From a virus (taxonomy: Duplodnaviria; Heunggongvirae; Uroviricota; Caudoviricetes): a stretch of DNA of 16,450 bases. The translations under genes were made by a program, and so were the position numbers. Shown here piece by piece: positions 9,174 to 16,450 of this stretch; position 1 is the stretch's first letter, and the number at the start of each line of letters is the position of its first letter. The stretch lies in the IMG/VR virus record IMGVR_UViG_2537561618_000007; one strand, 5' to 3'. The notes beneath the pieces are model-generated. The model worked only from the letters and a program-made list of their open reading frames with translations, had not been told where the DNA came from and made no database searches.

Positions 9174-9257
9174 TGGTAAGGGGCGACTTTCTAGAAAATA
9201 TTTTACGTACGTAAAAAACGGGATATTCTGTTAAGAGTGGTTGCTTCGCCACACAGC
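9174..9257 (+). promoter_or_regulatory. Candidate late promoter / Q-utilisation region, including a perfect 16-bp palindrome TTTTACGTACGTAAAA (9201..9216)
   Basis: Located between the Q stop and the first downstream terminator, where lambdoid phages carry pR' and qut. No confident -35/-10 assignment was made. Confidence 0.35.
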
Positions 9258-9259
9258 TT

Positions 9260-9284
9260 AAACCCGCCTCCGGGCGGGTTTTTT
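9260..9284 (+). terminator. Intrinsic terminator (tR'-like)
   Basis: 9-bp stem AAACCCGCC / GGCGGGTTT with a 4-nt loop, followed by a run of six T. Confidence 0.6.
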
Positions 9285-9372
9285 ATGCCTGAAAAACGGT
9301 ACAGGACGTTAAACACGCTGGTGGTCAGATGAGTTTGCAGATGTGATGACATATGGTTATTATTCTGCCTCC

Positions 9373-9449
9373 GGCCCTTTAGCTCAGTTGGTCAGAGCGA
9401 GCGACTCATAATCGCCAGGTCGCTGGTTCAAGTCCAGCAAGGGCCACCA
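9373..9449 (+). tRNA. tRNA with CAT anticodon, ileX-like (tRNA-Ile2; Met not excluded)
   Basis: Acceptor stem GGCCCTT/AAGGGCC, anticodon loop CTCATAA, T-loop GGTTCAAGTCC, 3' CCA. Resembles recalled E. coli ileX. Confidence 0.75.
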
Positions 9450-9450
9450 A

Positions 9451-9527
9451 CCACCACTAGCTCATCCGGATAGAGCATCAACCTTCTAAGTTGACGGTGC
9501 GAGGTTCGAGTCCTCGGTGGTGGGCCA
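9451..9527 (+). tRNA. tRNA-Arg (anticodon TCT, reads AGA)
   Basis: Acceptor CCACCAC/GTGGTGG, D-arm GCTCATCCGGATAGAGC, anticodon loop CTTCTAA, T-arm CGAGGTTCGAGTCCTCG, 3' GCCA. Confidence 0.75.
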
Positions 9528-9529
9528 GC

Positions 9530-9605
<76 letters not shown>

Positions 9606-9608
9606 TAT

Positions 9609-9683
<75 letters not shown>

Positions 9684-9689
9684 GTCAGA

Positions 9690-9735
9690 GTCTTTCAGTC
9701 TGCGATGATGGGAAATCCCGGAGTGACTGAAAGAC
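9690..9735 (+). repeat. Perfect 11-bp inverted repeat (GTCTTTCAGTC / GACTGAAAGAC) with a 24-nt loop, directly after tRNA-Gly
   Basis: Arms at 9690..9700 and 9725..9735 are exact reverse complements. No T-run follows. Confidence 0.6.
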
Positions 9736-9742
9736 GTTTAAG

Positions 9743-9815
9743 TTATGAATGATCGCCTTTTTTTGCAAAATTGCTGTGCAGAAATACTAACCTTCGGGCG
9801 TGCGATCATTCATAA
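9743..9815 (+). repeat. Perfect 14-bp inverted repeat (TTATGAATGATCGC / GCGATCATTCATAA) separated by 45 bp
   Basis: Arms at 9743..9756 and 9802..9815 are exact reverse complements. Lies in the noncoding gap between the tRNAs and the holin. Confidence 0.6.
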
Positions 9816-9975
9816 GCACTCTGCTTTTATTCCGATTAACTGTGGGTGGTTTGTTGGATAGAGTGCTTTCCTTACTGTATATATCGTTTCGCCCGCTTTT
9901 GCGTTTTTTTCTTTTCAAATCCCTTTCATTTCTCAGTGTAAAACTACGCCATCCGTTATTTGCGGAGGTGAGGCT

Positions 9976-10191
9976 ATGAAATCCATGGACAAAATTTCAA
10001 CGGGCATTGCCTACGGCACCTCCGCCGGCAGTGCCGGCTACTGGTTTTTGCAGTGGTTGGATCAGGTCAGGCCATCACAGTGGGCTGCGATTGGTGTGCT
10101 GGGAAGTCTGCTTCTGGGGCTTCTGACTTATCTGACGAATCTGTATTTCAAAATAAGAGAAGACAAGCGTAAGGCTGCACGGGGAGAGTAA
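9976..10191 (+). CDS. Holin (EssD-like)
   Basis: 71 aa [31 protein letters not shown]...[30 protein letters not shown] with two hydrophobic segments and a charged C-terminus. First gene of the lysis cassette. Confidence 0.7.
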   Translation: MKSMDKISTGIAYGTSAGSAGYWFLQWLDQVRPSQWAAIGVLGSLLLGLLTYLTNLYFKIREDKRKAARGE

Positions 10192-10194
10192 ATA

Positions 10195-10824
10195 ATGAAG
10201 CATGAAGAAATGAATCAGCGATTCAATCACCTGGAAAATGAAATCACTGAGCTTAATAAAAAATTGTCGGCGTTGGTGAGTTCTGAAGATGAAAACAAAC
10301 GCCGCGATGAGCATTATGCGGCGATTTACGATTACTGCCACAAAGTCGCTCACGAGACTTTTATGAAGTTTTTGCAGGAAAAGTTTTTACCGGCCGCATT
10401 GTCAGAAAAAGAGGCGGCTTACCTGCGGCCTGAGTACGTCATTACGGTTAACGGTGCCGGAGAGGAAGAGCATAAAAGTGATTTTATTGCGTCTGCACCG
10501 GATAAAGACCAGGAACCCCATCGGCCTTTCAGGGTTTCCTGTGAAGAGGGTGAGTTCGTCGTTTATGAGAACGGAAAACCTGTCCGGGCATCGCATCATC
10601 ACTGCCTGAAAATTATTAATCTCGCTATCAGATGCCTGAAAGACGAAAACACCAGAGTTATGAAACGCATTGGCCGTTGCATGGGGTATTTGCAGGTGGC
10701 GGCAGAGATTGAAGCACTTGCCAGTGGTGCAGACATGGATGCTGCGGTGCGGGAGGCTCTTCTTCGTGATTTCAATACTCCCCCTTTAAGAAAGAGCCTG
10801 ATGACTGGATCCAGCCGGGGCTGA
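10195..10824 (+). CDS. Uncharacterised 209-aa soluble protein inserted between holin and endolysin
   Basis: ATG 4 nt after the holin stop with RBS GGGGAGAG at 10181..10188. No signal peptide or membrane helix. Coiled-coil-like N-terminus and a Cys/His-rich segment HHHCLKIINLAIRCLK...RIGRCMGY. Family not recognised. Confidence 0.6.
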   Translation: MKHEEMNQRFNHLENEITELNKKLSALVSSEDENKRRDEHYAAIYDYCHKVAHETFMKFLQEKFLPAALSEKEAAYLRPEYVITVNGAGEEEHKSDFIASAPDKDQEPHRPFRVSCEEGEFVVYENGKPVRASHHHCLKIINLAIRCLKDENTRVMKRIGRCMGYLQVAAEIEALASGADMDAAVREALLRDFNTPPLRKSLMTGSSRG

Positions 10825-10889
10825 CTTATCTTAAAAGGCGTATATAAGTTGGCTCGTTATTTGTTGCCGATAAATCCTGATAAATATCC

Positions 10890-11423
10890 ATGAGCGCAAA
10901 AATCAAATACGGCCTGTCGGCTGCTGTTCTGGCGCTGATTGCCGCAGGCGCGTCTGCTCCCCAGATACTTGACCAGTTTCTGAACGAAAAAGAGGGTAAT
11001 CACACAACGGCATACCGTGATGGTTCTGGCATATGGACCATCTGTCGTGGTGCCACAATGGTGGATGGTAAGCCTGTCATACCGGGAATGAAGCTGTCGA
11101 AGGAAAAATGTGACCAGGTTAACGCTATTGAACGTGATAAGGCGCTGGCATGGGTGGAGCGCAATATTAAAGTACCTCTGACCGAACCCCAGAAAGCGGG
11201 TATAGCGTCATTTTGCCCCTATAACATTGGCCCCGGTAAGTGTTTCCCGTCGACGTTTTATAAGCGGCTGAATGCCGGTGATCGTAAGGGCGCATGCGAG
11301 GCGATTCGCTGGTGGATAAAAGATGTTGGGCGCGATTGCCGCATACGTTCAAATAACTGCTATGGACAGGTTATTCGTCGTGACCAGGAAAGCGCATTAG
11401 CCTGTTGGGGGATAGATCAATGA
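10890..11423 (+). CDS. SAR-type endolysin (T4-lysozyme-like glycoside hydrolase)
   Basis: N-terminal weakly hydrophobic Gly/Ala-rich segment (signal-anchor-release type) and catalytic E-x8-D-x5-T triad ([18 protein letters not shown]). Stop overlaps the Rz start. Confidence 0.8.
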   Translation: MSAKIKYGLSAAVLALIAAGASAPQILDQFLNEKEGNHTTAYRDGSGIWTICRGATMVDGKPVIPGMKLSKEKCDQVNAIERDKALAWVERNIKVPLTEPQKAGIASFCPYNIGPGKCFPSTFYKRLNAGDRKGACEAIRWWIKDVGRDCRIRSNNCYGQVIRRDQESALACWGIDQ

Positions 11424-11887
11424 GCAGAGTCACCGCGATTATCTCCGCTCTGGTTATCTGCATCATCGTCTGCCTGTCATGGGCTGTTAATCATTACCGT
11501 GATAACGCCATTACCTACAAAGAGCAGCGCGACAAAAACGCCGGAGAACTGAAGCTGGCGAACGCAACCATTACTGACATGCAGCAGCGCCAGCGTGATG
11601 CTGATGCACTCGATGCTAAATACACGAAGGAGTTAGCTGATGCGAAAGCTGAAAATGATGCTCTTCGGCGCAAGCTTGATAATGGTGGTCGGGTGCTCGT
11701 CAAAGGAAAATGCCCTGTGCCATCCTCAGCCGAAACCTCCAGCGCCTCCGGCATGGGCAATGATGCCACCGTCGAACTCTCTCCAGTTGCTGGACGAAAC
11801 GTTCTCGGTATCCGGGACGGAATCATCAGCGACCAGACAGCATTGAGAATGCTTCAGGAGTACATCAGGACTCAGTGCCTGAAATAA
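11420..11887 (+). CDS. rz: Rz (i-spanin)
   Basis: N-terminal membrane anchor [21 protein letters not shown], coiled-coil periplasmic domain, Rz1 embedded in the +1 frame. Confidence 0.75.
   Translation: MSRVTAIISALVICIIVCLSWAVNHYRDNAITYKEQRDKNAGELKLANATITDMQQRQRDADALDAKYTKELADAKAENDALRRKLDNGGRVLVKGKCPVPSSAETSSASGMGNDATVELSPVAGRNVLGIRDGIISDQTALRMLQEYIRTQCLK
11640..11846 (+). CDS. rz1: Rz1 (o-spanin lipoprotein) embedded in Rz
   Basis: Lipoprotein signal ending in lipobox VVGC followed by a proline-rich mature region ([16 protein letters not shown]), entirely within Rz in another frame. Confidence 0.65.
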   Translation: MRKLKMMLFGASLIMVVGCSSKENALCHPQPKPPAPPAWAMMPPSNSLQLLDETFSVSGTESSATRQH

Positions 11888-11919
11888 ATTTTTTTGCAAA
11901 TCACAAAGTCCATTTAATG

Positions 11920-11945
11920 AGCCTCGCACTTGCGGGGCTTTTATA
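11920..11945 (+). terminator. Intrinsic terminator downstream of Rz
   Basis: 8-bp stem AGCCTCGC / GCGGGGCT (one G-U pair), loop ACTT, followed by TTTTAT. Confidence 0.5.
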
Positions 11946-12089
11946 TGTCCGCAGTAAACCGCGCATCGCAGCGCGTAACAATCCCGAGTCTTTCAGAAAG
12001 CTGAGCCTGAGAACTGCCGTATAGGTGAGGACCTCTCGGGGACGGCTTTTCTGTGCGAACAGGCTCAACTTTCTAAAGGAAATACCGAC

Positions 12090-12269
12090 ATGAACAAATC
12101 ATTAACCGTTCTTCCTTCTGGCGAATACCCGACCATGAGCAGTCTTGAGATGGTGGATTACATTAATGCTGATCGGAAATCCAAAGCGGAGGCGGAGGGG
12201 CTTGCGTTCCCCTGTAAGAAATATCGCAAACTCGAACACCGCAGTTTCATGAAGAAAGTACCCAGGGTC
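12090..12269 (+). pseudogene. 5' fragment of a second Rha/antirepressor-like gene truncated by IS600
   Basis: MNKSLTVLPSGEYPTMSSLEMVDYINADRKSKAEAEGLAFPCKKYRKLEHRSFMKKVP fits the Rha N-terminal pattern. Frame runs into the IS600 terminal repeat at 12270. Confidence 0.5.
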
Positions 12270-12312
12270 TGAGGTGTACTGGCAATAGCGGACACTACCA
12301 TTTGTTCTTTTT

Positions 12313-13104
12313 TTAAGCAGCCATCTGATGATATTTTTCCCTGAAGGCTGCCGGGGAGATATTCCCCAGACGAGAGTGACGACGCTGACGATTGTAGAAA
12401 ATCTCAATGTATTCCCGTATTACTGAGATGGCTTCATCCCGGTTATTAAAACGATAGTGGCTCAGGCTCTCATTTTTCAGCGTTCCCCAGAAGCTTTCCA
12501 TCGGAGCGTTGTCGTAACAGTTACCTTTACGCGACATTGATGTTTTCAGACCAGACTGCTCCTGTATGACCCGGTAATCGTATGCGCAGTACTGTGAACC
12601 TCGATCAGAGTGGTGGATTAGCCCGGCAGGTGGGCGCTGGCTCCTGAGCGCCATAAACAGGGCTTTACCTGTCAGCTCTTTTGTCATGCGCTCTCCCATG
12701 GCGTAGCCGACAATTTCGCACGTATAAACATCTTTGATGCCAGCAACATACGTCAGGTCCGCCACCCAGACCTGATTTGGTGCTGTAGGAGCGAACGTCT
12801 GGTTCAGCAGATTTGGCGCAACTGGCAGATTGTGGTTCGGGTTCGTAGTCGCTCTGAACTTGCGTTTCTGCTTACAGCGTAGCCTCAGCTCCTTACGAAG
12901 ACGTGCCAGTCGGTCACGACCAACGATGATGCCATTCTCTGCCAGCTCCGTCTGGAGCCGCCGGGTTCCATATGTTTCGCGAGTGCGGATATGTGCCACC
13001 TTAATCTCCAGTTTTAGCCGCTCATCACTTTGTTTTCTGTCTGAGGGTTCATGCTGTACCCAGTTGTAATAACCGCTCCTGGATACACCAAATACCTGAC
13101 ACAT
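12313..13104 (-). CDS. IS600 OrfB (DDE transposase domain)
   Basis: 263-aa ORF-track product, identical to the product of 14856..15647 on the opposite strand. Carries the typical HSD...YDN...E pattern. Confidence 0.85.
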   Translation of the reverse strand: MCQVFGVSRSGYYNWVQHEPSDRKQSDERLKLEIKVAHIRTRETYGTRRLQTELAENGIIVGRDRLARLRKELRLRCKQKRKFRATTNPNHNLPVAPNLLNQTFAPTAPNQVWVADLTYVAGIKDVYTCEIVGYAMGERMTKELTGKALFMALRSQRPPAGLIHHSDRGSQYCAYDYRVIQEQSGLKTSMSRKGNCYDNAPMESFWGTLKNESLSHYRFNNRDEAISVIREYIEIFYNRQRRHSRLGNISPAAFREKYHQMAA

Positions 13105-13139
13105 CGCTTCAATGGGAAATTGTTGTCGCCATTGTTCGA

Positions 13140-13319
13140 TTAACGCGTATTTTTCAGCGACTCCTGTGCAAAATACGCTGTTGATTTTTTTAATATATCG
13201 CGCTCAAGGCGAGCTTCATTTAACGCCTTACGCAGTTGCAGAATTTCAGATTCCAGTTCAGCCACCGTGCGGGAACCAGGAGTACCGAGCCCTTTTCTGG
13301 CGGCGGTAACCCATTGTCC
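13140..13319 (-). pseudogene. IS600 OrfA, 5'-truncated
   Basis: Encodes ...GQWVTAARKGLGTPGSRTVAELESEILQLRKALNEARLERDILKKSTAYFAQESLKNTR and lacks the N-terminal ~40 codons present in the copy at 1..226. Confidence 0.75.
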
Positions 13320-13370
13320 TGAAGGCACTGAACCGCCCCGGGTTTCCTGGAGAGTGTTTTATCTGTGAAC

Positions 13371-14252
<882 letters not shown>

Positions 14253-14261
<9 letters not shown>

Positions 14262-14579
14262 CCAGAGGCGGTCGAACTCCGCCTTCGCAAAATAAGCGGA
14301 AGCCTGGCGAAGGATATCGTTACTGCGGCGCAGTTCACGATTTTCACGCTCCGGCTCTTTCAGACGCTGACGTTCAGCGGTGGTGAGCCCTCCATCACCG
14401 CCCCCGGTATCCCGCTCATGCTGGCGACCCCAGACACGCAGAGTCTCCGGCGTACAGCCAATCTTTGGAGCAATGGAACAAATTGTCGCCCATTGTGAGT
14501 CATATTCGCCCTGACTTTCCAGAACCATACGGACTGCCCGTTGACGGACTTCGGGGGAAAAACGAGTATTTTTAGTCAT
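14253..14579 (-). CDS. IS629 OrfA
   Basis: 108 aa [50 protein letters not shown]...[20 protein letters not shown] matches recalled IS629/IS1203 OrfA. Confidence 0.85.
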
Positions 14580-14634
14580 CCTGTTTACCTCTTTCTCAGG
14601 AAGTTTAGTCTCCAGGATTCCCGGGGCGGTTCAC

Positions 14635-14820
14635 ACTTTAGGACAATGGGTTACCGCCGCCAGAAAAGGGCTCGGTACTCCTGGTTCCCGCACGGTGGCT
14701 GAACTGGAATCTGAAATTCTGCAACTGCGTAAGGCGTTAAATGAAGCTCGCCTTGAGCGAGATATATTAAAAAAAGCAACAGCGTATTTTGCACAGGAGT
14801 CGCTGAAAAATACGCGTTAA
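14635..14820 (+). pseudogene. IS600 OrfA, 5'-truncated
   Basis: Encodes TLGQWVTAARKGLGTPGSRTVAELESEILQLRKALNEARLERDILKKATAYFAQESLKNTR, stop at 14818..14820. Contains the A7 slippery run at 14769..14775. Confidence 0.75.
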
Positions 14821-14855
14821 TCGAACAATGGCGACAACAATTTCCCATTGAAGCG

Positions 14856-15647
14856 ATGTGTCAGGTATTTGGTGTATCCAGGAGCGGTTATTACAACTGG
14901 GTACAGCATGAACCCTCAGACAGAAAACAAAGTGATGAGCGGCTAAAACTGGAGATTAAGGTGGCACATATCCGCACTCGCGAAACATATGGAACCCGGC
15001 GGCTCCAGACGGAGCTGGCAGAGAATGGCATCATCGTTGGTCGTGACCGACTGGCACGTCTTCGTAAGGAGCTGAGGCTACGCTGTAAGCAGAAACGCAA
15101 GTTCAGAGCGACTACGAACCCGAACCACAATCTGCCAGTTGCGCCAAATCTGCTGAACCAGACGTTCGCTCCTACAGCACCAAATCAGGTCTGGGTGGCG
15201 GACCTGACGTATGTTGCTGGCATCAAAGATGTTTATACGTGCGAAATTGTCGGCTACGCCATGGGAGAGCGCATGACAAAAGAGCTGACAGGTAAAGCCC
15301 TGTTTATGGCGCTCAGGAGCCAGCGCCCACCTGCCGGGCTAATCCACCACTCTGATCGAGGTTCACAGTACTGCGCATACGATTACCGGGTCATACAGGA
15401 GCAGTCTGGTCTGAAAACATCAATGTCGCGTAAAGGTAACTGTTACGACAACGCTCCGATGGAAAGCTTCTGGGGAACGCTGAAAAATGAGAGCCTGAGC
15501 CACTATCGTTTTAATAACCGGGATGAAGCCATCTCAGTAATACGGGAATACATTGAGATTTTCTACAATCGTCAGCGTCGTCACTCTCGTCTGGGGAATA
15601 TCTCCCCGGCAGCCTTCAGGGAAAAATATCATCAGATGGCTGCTTAA
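14856..15647 (+). CDS. IS600 OrfB (DDE transposase domain)
   Basis: 263-aa product identical to that of 12313..13104. Confidence 0.85.
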   Translation: MCQVFGVSRSGYYNWVQHEPSDRKQSDERLKLEIKVAHIRTRETYGTRRLQTELAENGIIVGRDRLARLRKELRLRCKQKRKFRATTNPNHNLPVAPNLLNQTFAPTAPNQVWVADLTYVAGIKDVYTCEIVGYAMGERMTKELTGKALFMALRSQRPPAGLIHHSDRGSQYCAYDYRVIQEQSGLKTSMSRKGNCYDNAPMESFWGTLKNESLSHYRFNNRDEAISVIREYIEIFYNRQRRHSRLGNISPAAFREKYHQMAA

Positions 15648-15690
15648 AAAAAGAACAAATGGTAGTGTCCGCTATTGCCAGTACACCTCA

Positions 15691-16249
15691 GTATGTGGAG
15701 CAAGCGAAAGATAATTCTTTGCAACCTTCCCAAACGGTAACGGACTCTCTCAAGGTAGCGGACTTATCCACCATTATTCAGGAACAACCCTCTTTCGTAG
15801 CAGAAACCCGTGCGGCTGACAAAAATACAGATGCTGTTTTACCTTGGCTGGCGAAAGATATTGCTGTCGTTTTTCCGCCCGAAGTTGTACACACCACGTT
15901 AAGTCATCGCCGCTTTCCCGGAGTTCCTGTTCAGCAAGCAGACAAATTGACCCAATTACGTCGCTTAGCCTGTAGCGTGTCGCAACGGGATAATAAAACA
16001 GCCACATTTGACTTCAGCACCTGTTCTTTAGAATGGCAAAACACCGTCGCCCAAGCGATCAGTCAGATCGACGGCCTGAAAACAACACAGCTACCATCAC
16101 CAGTAATGGCTGTACTCACGGCACTTGAAATGAAATGCACAAGATATAAAGTGCGTGAGGATGTTATGGATCAGATCGTCCAGGAAGGCAGTCTGGAATA
16201 TGCTACTGATGTAATAATACACCTTCAACAGATTGATATTAAATGGGAT
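15691..16249 (+). pseudogene. Internal fragment of an unknown gene, truncated at the 5' end by IS600 and at the 3' end by IS1
   Basis: One frame is open across the whole 559-bp interval. The ORF-track ORF (15659..16276) starts inside IS600 and stops inside the IS1 terminal repeat. Product not recognised. Confidence 0.45.
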
Positions 16250-16450
16250 GGTAATGCTGCCAACTTACTGATTTAGTGTATGATGGTGATTTTAAGGTGC
16301 TTGCGTGGCTTCCATTTCCATCAGATGTCCTTCCTGCTCCGCTACTGAAGGCGTGGTGCGTAACGGCAAAAGCACTGCCGGACATCAGCGCTATCTCTGC
16401 TCTCATTGCCGTAAAACATGGCAACTACAGTTCACTTACACCGCCTCTCA
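16250..16450 (+). mobile_element. IS1-family element, left end only (continues beyond the window)
   Basis: GGTAATGCTGCCAACTTACTGATTTAGTGTATGATGGTG... matches the recalled IS1 left terminal repeat. Followed by the insA reading frame. Confidence 0.8.
16305..16450 (+). CDS. insA: IS1 InsA, N-terminal part (partial, runs off the window)
   Basis: GTG start; translation [48 protein letters not shown] matches the recalled InsA zinc-finger N-terminus. Confidence 0.75.
   Translation, partial: MASISIRCPSCSATEGVVRNGKSTAGHQRYLCSHCRKTWQLQFTYTAS

Larger units (their letters stand above)
12270..13320 (-). mobile_element. IS600, 5'-truncated copy on the minus strand (left arm of the inverted pair)
   Basis: Terminal repeat TGAGGTGTACTGGCAATAGCGGACAC at 12270. 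Intact OrfB and the 3' two-thirds of OrfA. Ends at 13320 where the sequence switches orientation. Confidence 0.85.
14634..15690 (+). mobile_element. IS600, 5'-truncated copy on the plus strand (right arm of the inverted pair)
   Basis: Begins directly after IS629 and ends with terminal repeat ...GTGTCCGCTATTGCCAGTACACCTCA at 15690. OrfB identical to the left arm; two nucleotide differences seen in the OrfA segment. Confidence 0.85.

Noticed and set aside
9684-9975. Possible toxin or cargo gene between the tRNAs and the holin
   Set aside because: No ORF of meaningful length in any frame in this interval. Only the inverted repeats are reported.
11515-11929. Minus-strand ORFs of 103 and 67 aa overlapping Rz/Rz1
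   Set aside because: Antisense to the spanin genes. The embedded plus-strand Rz1 already accounts for the overlapping coding signal.
12102-12407. 101-aa minus-strand ORF crossing the IS600 end into phage DNA
   Set aside because: Spans the insertion junction antisense to the truncated Rha-like gene; a read-through artefact.
13112-13309. 65-aa ORF on the plus strand, with its mirror at 14651..14848
   Set aside because: Antisense to IS600 OrfA in both arms. Useful only for revealing the two nucleotide differences between the arms.

Overview
This window is an IS-dense, Shigella/E. coli-type region holding about 12 kb of a defective lambdoid prophage (291..12269) cut on both sides by IS600. All calls rest on reading the sequence and ORF track by eye plus recalled family signatures; no database search was run. 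Prophage content in order: a ybcO-like gene; an IS911 insertion; a 3' helicase remnant; ninB and ninE; a minus-strand HigB/HigA-like toxin-antitoxin pair; a Rha-family regulator with an in-frame amber codon; a replication module (O-like initiator with internal iterons, DnaC-like loader, DnaB-like helicase); ninH; Q antiterminator with a terminator hairpin; four tRNA genes; and a lysis cassette (holin, an uncharacterised 209-aa gene, SAR endolysin, Rz/Rz1). Downstream, two 5'-truncated IS600 copies lie in inverted orientation around a defective IS629, followed by a gene fragment and the start of an IS1. The most unusual items are the IS600/IS629/IS600 fold-back structure and the 209-aa gene between holin and endolysin. 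No CRISPR array, rRNA, integrase or structural phage genes were seen.
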